A stretch of 64,000 nucleotides of DNA from an uncultured Fastidiosipila sp. (lineage in GTDB: Bacteria > Bacillota > Clostridia > Saccharofermentanales > Fastidiosipilaceae). The translations under genes were made by a program, and so were the position numbers. The stretch's first letter is position 1. Each line of letters starts with the position of its first letter. The stretch covers positions 42,619 through 106,618 of the forward strand of contig CAUPES010000004.1 of NCBI GenBank assembly GCA_963510375.1, read 5' to 3'. Positions 30,076 to 39,704 of the stretch are shown piece after piece. The notes beneath the pieces are model-generated. The model had not been told where the DNA came from, searched no databases, and worked only from the letters and a program-made list of their open reading frames with translations.

Positions 30076-31452
30076 CTACTTGATATCAGTCAATAGTTCA
30101 ATTGCTCTACTCTTCATTATTTTATAACTTGCAAACAAGACTGCCAATACCAAGACTACAACACCTATAAGAACTACATAAATCATGTGGCTCGGATCTA
30201 CTGCAACATTAAGCTCACTTATTGTTTTGTTGAACCCTTCAGCTTCAGCACCTCCACCTAAATTAGATTGAGCTGCTGCTTGACCTAGTTTCTTGGCGAT
30301 TGATTTTGTTGCGTGGCGAATTGCACCATTGGCGAATCCATTGACTGTATATTTAGACAAGAAGTATGCTCCTGTGAAACTGAATACACTAATAATTAGC
30401 ACCTCTGAAATAAATTGTCCAATAATTTGCAACTTACTTCTTCCTATACTCAATAGAACTGCAACTTCTTTCTTACGAGCATTCAGCCACAAGAATAAGA
30501 TCAAGGTTATAACTAAACCTGAGAAAATCAAGGATCCTACAAACATAGTTCTAGCAAAGCCATAAATACCATTGATTGACTCTTGCAATACTGGGAAGTT
30601 ACTTTCACTCTTAAATAAGGTATAGCTATCCCAATTAATATCTTGCTTCTTAGCTTCTGACATTACCTTATCTAAGTTTTCTCCACCCTTTAAGAAGAAT
30701 GTAGCATCCATGTAATTAGCTGATTCCGCGTCTGTATTATACAGAGTGTTACTGGTTTTTAAATCTGAAATAACAATATTGTCATTCAACTCTAAAGCGT
30801 AAGTTACTTGTCCCTGATTATCTCCACCAAAAACACCAATTATAGTTACTTCTGTAGTTTCTGAAGATTGGTTAACATTGTCAGCATCGTAAGGGTTACC
30901 TTTAAGCTTAATTTTGTCACCTAATTTAAGATTATTTTTCTTCATTAAGCTTTCATGTAGTAGAACAACGTTCTTGTCTTCTGGTGTTATATGGCGACCT
31001 TCCTTAAGTTGTAATGCTCCAGAATTAAATTTGTCTTCTACTGAAGAGTCATTAACACCTGTAACCATTACTGATTGGCCAAAGTATTTTCTCTTGTGCT
31101 CATCAAGATTTTCTAAAGTCTGTTCAGTTTCAACTCTTTCTAGATCTACCAAGTCGGCTACTGCACTCATACGGCGTAGGTGTTTCTCAACCCCAGGCAG
31201 GTTAGCGATTTTATCAATATCACCCGACTTTAAGTTTCCGGCACCTCTTGGTGTACCTTGATTTGTTCTTCTATTAATCTGCATGCTAAAACTATTACTA
31301 ATATTTTTAAAAGTCTCTTTTGCAGCTTCATCAGTAGCTGATTTTATGGATAAACCTGTCAAGCATAAAGTTGCCATCAACATAATTATCAAGAACAATA
31401 CTAATGTTTTTACTTTTTTTCTTATTACATACGCAAATGCATTCTTAAACAT
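30076..31452 (-). CDS. vex3: FtsX/MacB-type ABC permease (Vex3-like)
   Basis: MFKNAFAYVIRK, SFSMQINRRTNQGTPRGAGN, SNLGGGAE; gene order matches pneumococcal vex123-vncRS. Confidence 0.8.
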   Translation of the reverse strand: MFKNAFAYVIRKKVKTLVLFLIIMLMATLCLTGLSIKSATDEAAKETFKNISNSFSMQINRRTNQGTPRGAGNLKSGDIDKIANLPGVEKHLRRMSAVADLVDLERVETEQTLENLDEHKRKYFGQSVMVTGVNDSSVEDKFNSGALQLKEGRHITPEDKNVVLLHESLMKKNNLKLGDKIKLKGNPYDADNVNQSSETTEVTIIGVFGGDNQGQVTYALELNDNIVISDLKTSNTLYNTDAESANYMDATFFLKGGENLDKVMSEAKKQDINWDSYTLFKSESNFPVLQESINGIYGFARTMFVGSLIFSGLVITLILFLWLNARKKEVAVLLSIGRSKLQIIGQFISEVLIISVFSFTGAYFLSKYTVNGFANGAIRHATKSIAKKLGQAAAQSNLGGGAEAEGFNKTISELNVAVDPSHMIYVVLIGVVVLVLAVLFASYKIMKSRAIELLTDIK

Positions 31453-31500
31453 ATTAAACCTCTTAAACCTCGCAATATCTAATTAAAATTTAGGCAAATA

Positions 31501-32148
31501 TTAATCTTCTAATTCTCTAACAAATTTAAGTTTCTTAGATTTCAATTGCAAAACTGCATCTGCCATTTCTGTCAAGCTGAAACTGTGCGTTACCACGATT
31601 ACACATTTATTCATTTCTAATGCGTATTTCTTAAGCAAGGCAATTATCTCGTTCGCAGTATCTTCGTCCAAGTTACCAGTAGGCTCATCGGCTAAAATAA
31701 TAGGTGCTTCAGATACCAAAGCTCTAGCAATTGCGACCCTTTGCTGTTGTCCACCTGATAGTTTCAAGACATTTCTATTAATTTCTTCTTCACTCAAACC
31801 TAAATCCAATAGAATTTGAGGATTAGCATCTTTATTCACTAAGCGAATATTTTCTAGTGGGGTCAAATAATCTATTAAGTTGTAACTTTGGAAAACTAAG
31901 GCTATATTAGATTTTCTATGGTTTGTATAACCTGCCTCAGCAATATCCTTTCCCTGCACTTTAATATAACCTTGATCAGGACTATCCAAACCTGCTAACA
32001 ATGAAAGCAAGGTTGATTTACCCGCACCTGATTTACCAATAATTGCATAAAATTTACCTGGCAAAAATTCAGCATCGATATCATTAAGAACTAAATTTTT
32101 TGTACCATTATATGCGTAACTTACGTTTTCTATATTTAAAATTCCCAT
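31501..32148 (-). CDS. vex2: ABC transporter ATP-binding protein (Vex2-like)
   Basis: GKSGAGKST, LVFQSYNLIDYLTPLEN, LSGGQQQRVAIARAL. Confidence 0.82.
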   Translation of the reverse strand: MGILNIENVSYAYNGTKNLVLNDIDAEFLPGKFYAIIGKSGAGKSTLLSLLAGLDSPDQGYIKVQGKDIAEAGYTNHRKSNIALVFQSYNLIDYLTPLENIRLVNKDANPQILLDLGLSEEEINRNVLKLSGGQQQRVAIARALVSEAPIILADEPTGNLDEDTANEIIALLKKYALEMNKCVIVVTHSFSLTEMADAVLQLKSKKLKFVRELED

Positions 32149-32211
32149 TTCTTCACCTCTTATATTCTTATACTTTTATATTCTTATCTATAAACTTTTA
32201 TATTTTATCTT

Positions 32212-33573
32212 TTAAATGATTTCATCTAACAATTCTCTTGGTTTCTTCTTTAATATGAAGAATGAACTTAATAACACTGCAATTACAACTATCAAACTCA
32301 AAATTCCATAAGTTACTAATGCATTCAGCCATATATTATTTCCTAAGCCTGCGTTCATAATAGTTTCACTAGCAGAAACCTCATCAGCGATAAACATCTT
32401 CCACATCCATTGAGTTGTAAAGGCTGAAAGAACTGTACTTATGATTATTGTTGGTATGGATAAAACAAATAATTCCATTAAGAATTGAGCAATAATCTCG
32501 CCTTTACCCTTGCCTACACTTAATAAAATAGCTACTTCATGAATTCGCTCACGCAACCATAACAACAGGAGTAAGCTTAGCACTAGGATACCACCAAAGA
32601 AAATTGCTAAAGTCATAATCAAAACAATTTGCTCAACTACAGCTATAGAATCTAATACTTCTGATATGCTGTTAATGTCTTTAGCTAGCTTAATATTTTT
32701 ATTATCTTTCAAAGCTGCTTGAACTTTCGCATATAAACTATCTAATTCTGCCGCATCTTTAGCAAAAATTCTTACGCTACTTGCTCGCTCCCCTTCAGAT
32801 GAATTGCTATTTAATTTTTGAGCTGATTTAAAATCAGTGAACACGTGGTTTTGACTAATATCAGCAGATGTACCTGTGAAATTTTCTAACGTTTCCCCCG
32901 TAAAAATCCCTACAATTTCATATTCAATCTGCTCAGCAGCCTTTGCATTTTGCTTCTGAGACTCTTTATTGTTATACAATTCTACCCCGTCGTCTTTATT
33001 TCTTTCAGGGTACATCTGCTCCTGGTTAAACTCTGCCTTGCTTAACTTAACTTTATCTCCTAATTTAAGGTTATTAAGCTTCGCAAATTCCTCATGTACG
33101 AGAATTTTGTTTTGGTCAGTTTCATTAATGTGTCTACCTTGTACCAGTTTGAAACTTTCAGCAATGAAACTTCTATGGTCGTCTGTCTTTTGTACTGCTG
33201 ATACTTTTAGCACATTAGATTTGCCACTATTTTTATCGCCATCTAGAATTACACCATTTTCTGTCGAGACAACTTGCATGCCTTTCAAGCTAGCAAAACC
33301 TTCAAGTTGTAAATTAGTTTTTGAAATTTTGTTTTTGATTTCTTCTGTTTGCAAAAACTTAAGATCTTCAAGTGTCATGCTTCCATTTGTACTCTCCAAG
33401 CTAAATGAAGAATTCGTATTATATTGCAAACTGTGTTTAAGTGATTTCACCGAGTTGTGAATAGAAACACTAGAAAACAAAGTTATTGTTATCAATGTCA
33501 TCAGCAAAAACATAATGATGCTTCGACTAGTTTTTCTTGATAAATATTTTAAAGCTCTATTATTTATTGACAT
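32212..33573 (-). CDS. vex1: FtsX/MacB-type ABC permease (Vex1-like)
   Basis: RALKYLSRK N-terminal TM, large extracellular domain, LWLRERIHEVAILLSVG, three C-terminal TMs. Confidence 0.78.
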   Translation of the reverse strand: MSINNRALKYLSRKTSRSIIMFLLMTLITITLFSSVSIHNSVKSLKHSLQYNTNSSFSLESTNGSMTLEDLKFLQTEEIKNKISKTNLQLEGFASLKGMQVVSTENGVILDGDKNSGKSNVLKVSAVQKTDDHRSFIAESFKLVQGRHINETDQNKILVHEEFAKLNNLKLGDKVKLSKAEFNQEQMYPERNKDDGVELYNNKESQKQNAKAAEQIEYEIVGIFTGETLENFTGTSADISQNHVFTDFKSAQKLNSNSSEGERASSVRIFAKDAAELDSLYAKVQAALKDNKNIKLAKDINSISEVLDSIAVVEQIVLIMTLAIFFGGILVLSLLLLLWLRERIHEVAILLSVGKGKGEIIAQFLMELFVLSIPTIIISTVLSAFTTQWMWKMFIADEVSASETIMNAGLGNNIWLNALVTYGILSLIVVIAVLLSSFFILKKKPRELLDEII

Positions 33574-33615
33574 ATTTGCTCTCTCCTTCTTGAGTGATAA
33601 AAATATATCAAGTCA

Positions 33616-33635
33616 ATATGAGATGTATATGAAAT
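33616..33635 (-). promoter_or_regulatory. Putative VncR (OmpR-type) direct-repeat site upstream of vex1
   Basis: ATATGAGAT and ATATGAAAT with 11-bp spacing. Confidence 0.45.
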
Positions 33636-33664
33636 GAAAACTCACATTGAAATTTTTTCACAAA

Positions 33665-33700
33665 AAAAGGCTCAGCAGTACATGTACTGTTGAGTCTTTT
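33665..33700 (-). terminator. Terminator after thyA
   Basis: AAAGGCTCAGCAGTACATGTACTGTTGAGTCTTT flanked by A/T runs. Confidence 0.7.
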
Positions 33701-33745
33701 AGCGTCTCTATCTGTAATTTATAAAGTTTACACTATCTGAATATT

Positions 33746-34588
33746 CTACTCTGCCACTGGAATCCTACGTACTCTTTCACCATGTTTATAATCTTCTAAA
33801 ACGAAGTCATCTACAGTGAAATCGTAAAAATCTTTAACCTCTGGGTTAATCCACAACTTAGGTGCTGGATATTGCTCTCTTTGAATGACTTCCTCGACAA
33901 TCTCGAAATGCCTATCATAAATATGCGCATCTGAAATAACATGTACCAACTCTCCTGCCTCAAGACCACTTACCTGAGCAAACATATGCAACAAGGTTGC
34001 GTATTGCACAACATTCCAACCATTAGCAACCAGCATATCTTGAGATCTTTGTTGCAGAATACCGTTAAGCTTATTTCCAAAAACATTAAACATCATACCA
34101 TAGGCACATGGGTATAAAGCCATCTCATTGAGGTCATCAAAATTATACATTGAAGTCAGAATTCTTCTACTATTAGGATCATTTTTTAGTTGGTACAAAA
34201 CCCTATCCACTTGATCAAATTCACCTTCTGGATATTTATGGACTCGACCTAATTGGTAACCATAAGCTTTACCAATGGTTCCGTCTGCTTGCTCCCATTG
34301 ATTCCAAATTTTACTATTTAATTCAGCTACCACATTAGATTTTTTCTGCCAAATCCATAAGATTTCATCAATAGCAGCCTTATAGTTAATTGGTCTAATA
34401 GTTTGGATTGGGAATTCTTCTTGTAAGTTATACCTATTAACTACAGAGCAAATTTTCTTGGTATAAGCTGGTGAACCATCATCTGCCCAGTGTGCTCTAG
34501 TTTCACCTGTTTTTTGCTCATAGCCTTCATCGAGAATTCGCCTACAATCTCTAACAAATATTTCATCTGCCCTACTCATCTCGTACAC
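33746..34588 (-). CDS. thyA: Thymidylate synthase
   Basis: EILWIW, GKAYGYQ, PNSRR, MALYPCAY, QRSQD, DAHIYDRH. Confidence 0.94.
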   Translation of the reverse strand: MYEMSRADEIFVRDCRRILDEGYEQKTGETRAHWADDGSPAYTKKICSVVNRYNLQEEFPIQTIRPINYKAAIDEILWIWQKKSNVVAELNSKIWNQWEQADGTIGKAYGYQLGRVHKYPEGEFDQVDRVLYQLKNDPNSRRILTSMYNFDDLNEMALYPCAYGMMFNVFGNKLNGILQQRSQDMLVANGWNVVQYATLLHMFAQVSGLEAGELVHVISDAHIYDRHFEIVEEVIQREQYPAPKLWINPEVKDFYDFTVDDFVLEDYKHGERVRRIPVAE

Positions 34589-34615
34589 CTCAAAAAAATA
34601 ATTAGTACATCTATA

Positions 34616-35113
34616 CTACCCTAAGTTAGCTAAAGCTTCATCCAAGATTTTCTTATCAAAACCGAAATTATCATAGCCGGCTTTACATACTTCTATGTAT
34701 TCATCTGTAGGCCTAGCCGGGACTCTGTCCTCTTGCATAACATAAGTATATGCAGTTATAGCATCTCCTTGTTTGAAAACTTTGGTAAATTCAGGGAAAA
34801 CCTCATCAAGATTCACCTTATAAGCTGTTTTATAATAAAGCTCAGGATAATCTTCATATTCATCTAAAGCAAGTTCGTCTTCAGCACTGATTAACCACAC
34901 CGCTAAAGGCAAGCTTCCTCCCGCTCTCATTGGCAACTGCTTAATTGTAAGATACGCTCTCCCTACCGAACCTCTATATTCTAGACAGTGGTCTGTGAGC
35001 GTTGCTGTGCCTAGCAATTTTGCATCTTTACAGCGTTCCTGCATTTTTTCAATATGCAGATTACTACCATAAGCTATATAAAATTTTTTACCTTTAAATT
35101 CATCGACTAACAT
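34616..35113 (-). CDS. Gamma-glutamylcyclotransferase (AIG2-like) family protein
   Basis: YIAYGSNL, QERC, LDEYEDYP, AYTYVM. Confidence 0.85.
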   Translation of the reverse strand: MLVDEFKGKKFYIAYGSNLHIEKMQERCKDAKLLGTATLTDHCLEYRGSVGRAYLTIKQLPMRAGGSLPLAVWLISAEDELALDEYEDYPELYYKTAYKVNLDEVFPEFTKVFKQGDAITAYTYVMQEDRVPARPTDEYIEVCKAGYDNFGFDKKILDEALANLG

Positions 35114-35163
35114 TTTGTCTCCTAGGTATTAGGTATATGTTCTGCACATTTTTGACAGAAAAC

Positions 35164-35933
35164 TTACTTGAACGAGCTAATTTTAACTTTCTCAAATAAC
35201 TCTTTGTGAGCAATTGGATTACCTGCAACTATACTACTTTCTCCTAAAGGTCTGATTTTATTGCCCTTAATATCTGTTACAACTGCTCCAGCCTCTTCAC
35301 AGATTAAATAACCTGCTCCATAATCCCAGGCTTGCATTGTTAACTCTACAAAGGCAGAGAATCTACCACAGGCTACATAACAAAAATCTAAAGCAGCAGC
35401 ACCCATTCTTCTAACATCGCAATGTTCCAAAATTGCTTCAATCATATTTAGGGTTCCTGTTCTTAGATCTTCATTATAAGGTGATGTACCTACTGCACAA
35501 AGACTACCATCCAAAGGTCTTTCTGGTGCATAAATTCTCTCGCCATTCAGATAAGCACCCTTACCTTTCTCAGCTGTAAACAATTCATCAGTGAAGAAGT
35601 TATAGACAACTCCTTGAACAGTTTCTTGGTTTTCAACTACTGCAACACTTATTGCTGAATTAGGAACTCCATACATGAAATTGCTGGTTCCATCTATTGG
35701 GTCAACTATAAAAGCTGGCTTATCTGTCAGTTGTTTAGCTATAGGTTCTTCTTCGCCAATGAAATTATATTCTGGCCAACGCTTAGCAAATACTTCTGAC
35801 TAGCGAGGTCATATTTTGTTACAAAATTAACATGACCTGATTTCTCGTGGACATCAGAGCTCTTTAGAACTGCTGATTTTAAAAACTCGCCATCTTTTTT
35901 TACTATTTCTATTAATTCATTTATGTCTAACAT
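35164..35933 (-). pseudogene. suhB: Inositol monophosphatase (SuhB family), frameshifted near 35785
   Basis: 5' frame EKSGHVNFVTKYDLASQKY; 3' frame AKRWPEYNFIGEE...IVDPIDGTSNF...RRMGAAALD...WDYGAG; the junction seems to lack a few codons. Confidence 0.85.
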
Positions 35934-36462
35934 TTTGTCTTTTCCTTTTTCCTTTTTTGTTTTTTCTTTTTTGTTGTCTTTCTAGTTATAGTATAGTATC
36001 AAATTTTTACTTTGGTCGTTTACGTTCTTCAGTCTCGAAATGCTTATTAGAATCCCATTTCCCAGTTTGTTATGTTTTCCCAATAAACTCGTATGCTATG
36101 ACTGAATTTCCTCGCTTATTAAATTTTATTTTCTTTATTTTTAAGCTCTCAAAATAACCAAAGAGATTCATTAACGTATAACTGTTGCTGCTTTTTTCTA
36201 TATACCTGATCTGAGCAACCTTATCTACTAAATTCTCTATAACGTCAGCAAATTTTTTTATGTACTACTGTCTAACTTCACATTGATACTATATTTTAAT
36301 CATGTGATATTTTGCTATTTCTTTTAAAATCAAAGAGAGAGTTCCTGTATTCCTAAACATATATTATTGGTAAAAAAAGAGAGGGAATAAATTCCCTCTC
36401 TTAAACTCTCCCTCTTTTGAGGTTTGAAACCTATGAGAAATAACACACCTCTCAAACGATTA

Positions 36463-37050
36463 TTATGCCATTCCAGGCATAGCTTTTTGTTTTAAGGAGA
36501 AATGTGTAGGCGCAGGAAGAATTGTTACACCCCCATTTAACGAGGTAACTGTACCAGTTACAGATATATAACAAATAGTATTATCTGATGATAATGAATA
36601 AGAAAGGTTACTCAACGAATAAACTAGCCTAGAAGAATTTGAGCTAGTATAAGTTTTATACATATACGAGTCTCTAATGCTAATGGAATCTTCTGAACTA
36701 CCTACAGATAGCGGTCTAATTTCGTTATAATCGTAAAAGCTATATTTGACATCGAATTTATTAATCGATTGGAATACGTATCGTCCTCCAGGCATTCCAC
36801 GTACGGTAGCATGTAATCTTAAGATTGTATGATAACCTAAGTCAAAATTATATATAGCTTCAAAGGATGAACCTATGTAACTTGTGTCAGCGTTTTGTGT
36901 AACTATTTCTATAGAACTTGCTTGGTTTACATCAATAGTGTTGTTGTCCATAGCTTGCAGTGAATTGGAGTGACCTATTAATATTATTATTCCAAGCATT
37001 ATACTTATTAATTTTATTATATAGTTGTGTTTTTGGTTCGTTTTTTTCAT
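36463..37050 (-). CDS. Hypothetical secreted protein
   Basis: Signal-peptide-like N-terminus; AAAGGAG RBS inside the upstream gene end; S/T/Y-rich. Confidence 0.65.
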   Translation of the reverse strand: MKKTNQKHNYIIKLISIMLGIIILIGHSNSLQAMDNNTIDVNQASSIEIVTQNADTSYIGSSFEAIYNFDLGYHTILRLHATVRGMPGGRYVFQSINKFDVKYSFYDYNEIRPLSVGSSEDSISIRDSYMYKTYTSSNSSRLVYSLSNLSYSLSSDNTICYISVTGTVTSLNGGVTILPAPTHFSLKQKAMPGMA

Positions 37051-37053
37051 AAA

Positions 37054-37554
37054 CTATCTCCTTTGACTTCTTAAAACAAATGTTAAATCTTTATTGCCAA
37101 AGCTAATATCTCCATTTGAATTGGTAATAGATGTTTTTAAAAATATTGTAATTTCTTCCCCAGCATTTTTTATTATATAGTCGTAAAAGTCTAATACTTC
37201 TTCATTTAGGCTATACTGTTCATGCTTTAAAGGAATAACATTATTATTGTTGTTTTTATCTATATCTAAATCTAAAGTGAAATTGTTAATATTTTTCAGA
37301 ATTTTTTCTTTATTACCAGATACATATTTTATGTAATCTATACCTTCTATTTTGTTTGATTTTTTGATCAATTTTATGAGGAAATATTTATTCTCACTTA
37401 GTTCAAAACGATATAGTTCCATTGAACCAACTTTGTTTTCAACTGAAGGTAAACCCTCTTTTTTGATGTCATTCGGGAATTGTATGTTGCTTGGTTGATA
37501 TGCTATAAGTAAACAAAATAAAAAAGCAATAAATAATTTCTTAAGTGTATCCAT
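37054..37554 (-). CDS. Hypothetical exported protein
   Basis: AGGAGG RBS; N-terminal hydrophobic segment; very AT-rich. Confidence 0.65.
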   Translation of the reverse strand: MDTLKKLFIAFLFCLLIAYQPSNIQFPNDIKKEGLPSVENKVGSMELYRFELSENKYFLIKLIKKSNKIEGIDYIKYVSGNKEKILKNINNFTLDLDIDKNNNNNVIPLKHEQYSLNEEVLDFYDYIIKNAGEEITIFLKTSITNSNGDISFGNKDLTFVLRSQRR

Positions 37555-37980
37555 TCATATACCTCCTATATTTTTATTTACTAGTAAAAGTCAATAGTTT
37601 ATCACTCTCATAAAACCACCTCCTATGGAACTCTTTTCTTAACCATATTATAGCATAAAACTAGAATCCATAATATTTTTAACTGAATCTAGCCGATGAA
37701 TACTAACATTTACAGAGTTTCATATATTAAAAATCATATATCTTGAAATTCTTATGTTAAGGCTCTTCTTCTGTATATTTTCTTTCTTCTGGCTTTGACA
37801 TACCATTTTTGTAAAATTTTTATTTTGATTTATTAAGTAAATAACTTTAATTTAAGGTTCATGTGAATAATTTAGCATCAAATATCTGAAATCAAATGTT
37901 TTGCTTGCTGGTAATTCCTGAATTAATTAAATTAACCAAGTTAATCTGCAAGAGCTAAAAATATTTGTCATTATCATCGT

Positions 37981-38009
37981 TTGAAGATATCTGATAAAAG
38001 TAGTATACT
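37981..38009 (+). promoter_or_regulatory. Sigma-A promoter for the mgtE leader
   Basis: TTGAAG (37981-86), 17-nt spacer, TATACT (38004-09). Confidence 0.7.
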
Positions 38010-38037
38010 AGGCACAACAAATTGAGAGGTAAAAAAT

Positions 38038-38133
38038 ATGGACAATTGCGACCCCTATCGAAGTTGTAGCTTAGTTAGAAGTTTTTTCGGTAACCAAAAT
38101 TTAAATATAAGTTGCAATTGCTCTCTCGAATAG
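38038..38133 (+). CDS. Putative mgtE leader peptide (31 aa) MDNCDPYRSCSLVRSFFGNQNLNISCNCSLE
   Basis: GAGAGGT 7 nt before the ATG; lies between the promoter and a terminator that precedes mgtE. Confidence 0.6.
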   Translation: MDNCDPYRSCSLVRSFFGNQNLNISCNCSLE

Positions 38134-38163
38134 AACAATTCAATTCTGTATTTCATGTGCTGG

Positions 38164-38197
38164 TACCGCAAAGACTTGATCTTAGGCGGTATTTTTT
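38164..38197 (+). terminator. Leader (attenuator) terminator just upstream of the mgtE RBS
   Basis: TACCGC-AAAGA...TCTTAG-GCGGTA followed by TTTTTT. Confidence 0.72.
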
Positions 38198-38215
38198 ATT
38201 AAGGAGGCATATGAA

Positions 38216-39547
38216 ATGGAAAATTCAACATACACTGCAGAGTCACTAAAAGAACTACAGGCTCATATTAACACCATGGACCCTGTTGACTTGGCTGAAG
38301 AATTCCGTGATTTAACCATGACAGAAATTGCTGTCAGAATGAAAATCATGAATAAAGATCTTTTAGCCGATACATTTGCGATTTTACCATCCGAACAAAA
38401 ACAAGAGATAATCGAATCTTTATCTGATGAGAAAACAATGTCTCTTATCCAAGATTTGGATGAAGATGAACTTGTTGATACCCTACAAGAGTTACCCGCA
38501 AACATGGTTCGAAGGATCATGAACTACTTGGTAGATGACGTTCGTAGACCAGTCATTAACAAATTATTGGGCTATCCAGAAGATAGCGTTGGCTCAATAA
38601 TGTCTGTTAACTTCATGGCTGTGAAGAAAAACGTTTCCCCTAAACAGGCACTTCATAAAATCATGAGTTCAGATTTAGACGCTAACCGCTTGGAGCAAAT
38701 TTGGATCACAGACGAATCCTTGGTTCTTATTGGATATGTTTATTTAGCAGACCTATTGCGAAATCAAGACGCTAACATAGTAGATTTCTTAAATACATTT
38801 CCTGCGAGTGTTTTGGCAACAGATGACCAAGAAGATGCAGCAAAGATTGCGCAAAAATATGATATTTCTGAGATCCCTGTTACTGACTCCGAAGGTAGAT
38901 TGGTCGGTTTCATTCCTGCTGAGTGGGCTATCGACATCTTGCACGAAGAGTATGAAGAAGATATGGCTAACATACATGGTATTCAAGAATCCGATGATAG
39001 CCCTGTACCATATCTAGAGAAATCAAGTTTCCGTATGGCTAAAGATAGAACAACTTGGTTGATTATCTGTTTAGTAACAGCAACATTTACTGGATTCATC
39101 ATTCATCGCTATGAAGACTTACTTTCAGCTGCTGTTGTGCTCACAACTTATATACCAATGCTTATGGACTCTGGTGGTAATGCCGGAACTCAAGCGTCTA
39201 CAACCGTTATTAGAGCCTTGTACGCTGGAGAAGTTGGTTTCAAAGATACCCTTAAAGTAATCCTAAAGGAGTCTAGTATTGGATTGATGACTGGTGGTGC
39301 ACTTGTTGTTGTTAATATTATACGTATGCTAATTATAGAAGATGTTAATCTAGCTGTTAACTTAACAGTTGGAATTACACTATTAATTACAATAGTTTTC
39401 TCAAAAATCATCGGTGGTATCATGCCTCTAATCGCTGATAAATTAAAAATTGACCCAACAGTTATGGCTGGTCCAATCATTACAACCATAGTTGATACCA
39501 TGGTTCTATTTATCTACTTCGAAGTTGCTAGCTTCTTGATTTTTTAG
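38216..39547 (+). CDS. mgtE: Magnesium transporter MgtE
   Basis: MgtE N-domain, LLGYPEDSVGSIM CBS pair, IPMLMDSGGNAGTQ, IDPTVMAGPIITTIVD. Confidence 0.95.
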   Translation: MENSTYTAESLKELQAHINTMDPVDLAEEFRDLTMTEIAVRMKIMNKDLLADTFAILPSEQKQEIIESLSDEKTMSLIQDLDEDELVDTLQELPANMVRRIMNYLVDDVRRPVINKLLGYPEDSVGSIMSVNFMAVKKNVSPKQALHKIMSSDLDANRLEQIWITDESLVLIGYVYLADLLRNQDANIVDFLNTFPASVLATDDQEDAAKIAQKYDISEIPVTDSEGRLVGFIPAEWAIDILHEEYEEDMANIHGIQESDDSPVPYLEKSSFRMAKDRTTWLIICLVTATFTGFIIHRYEDLLSAAVVLTTYIPMLMDSGGNAGTQASTTVIRALYAGEVGFKDTLKVILKESSIGLMTGGALVVVNIIRMLIIEDVNLAVNLTVGITLLITIVFSKIIGGIMPLIADKLKIDPTVMAGPIITTIVDTMVLFIYFEVASFLIF

Positions 39548-39632
39548 GAATATAGTTTAATTGATTTGCTGAATTGCCGAATTGTTTATTACCGTCAGAT
39601 TTAGAATTTAAAATTTATAATAAGTATAAAGA

Positions 39633-39670
39633 ATGGCTACTCAAGATTAATCTTGAGTAGCCATATTTTT
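39633..39670. terminator. Bidirectional terminator
   Basis: Perfect palindrome ATGGCTACTCAAGATTAATCTTGAGTAGCCAT between convergent genes. Confidence 0.75.
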
Positions 39671-39704
39671 GCTCGGAGCTTATTTCCTACAATGCTATTA
39701 GTTA

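Noticed and set aside
36070..36305. Degraded ORF on the minus strand (MIKI*YQCEVRQ*YIKKF...)
   Set aside because: Several stops and no reliable motif; too weak to assign.
38155..38197. T-box in the mgtE leader (TGGTACCGC)
   Set aside because: No stem I or specifier features, and TACCGC is itself the terminator 5' arm, unlike T-box geometry; tRNA sensing does not fit a Mg2+ transporter.
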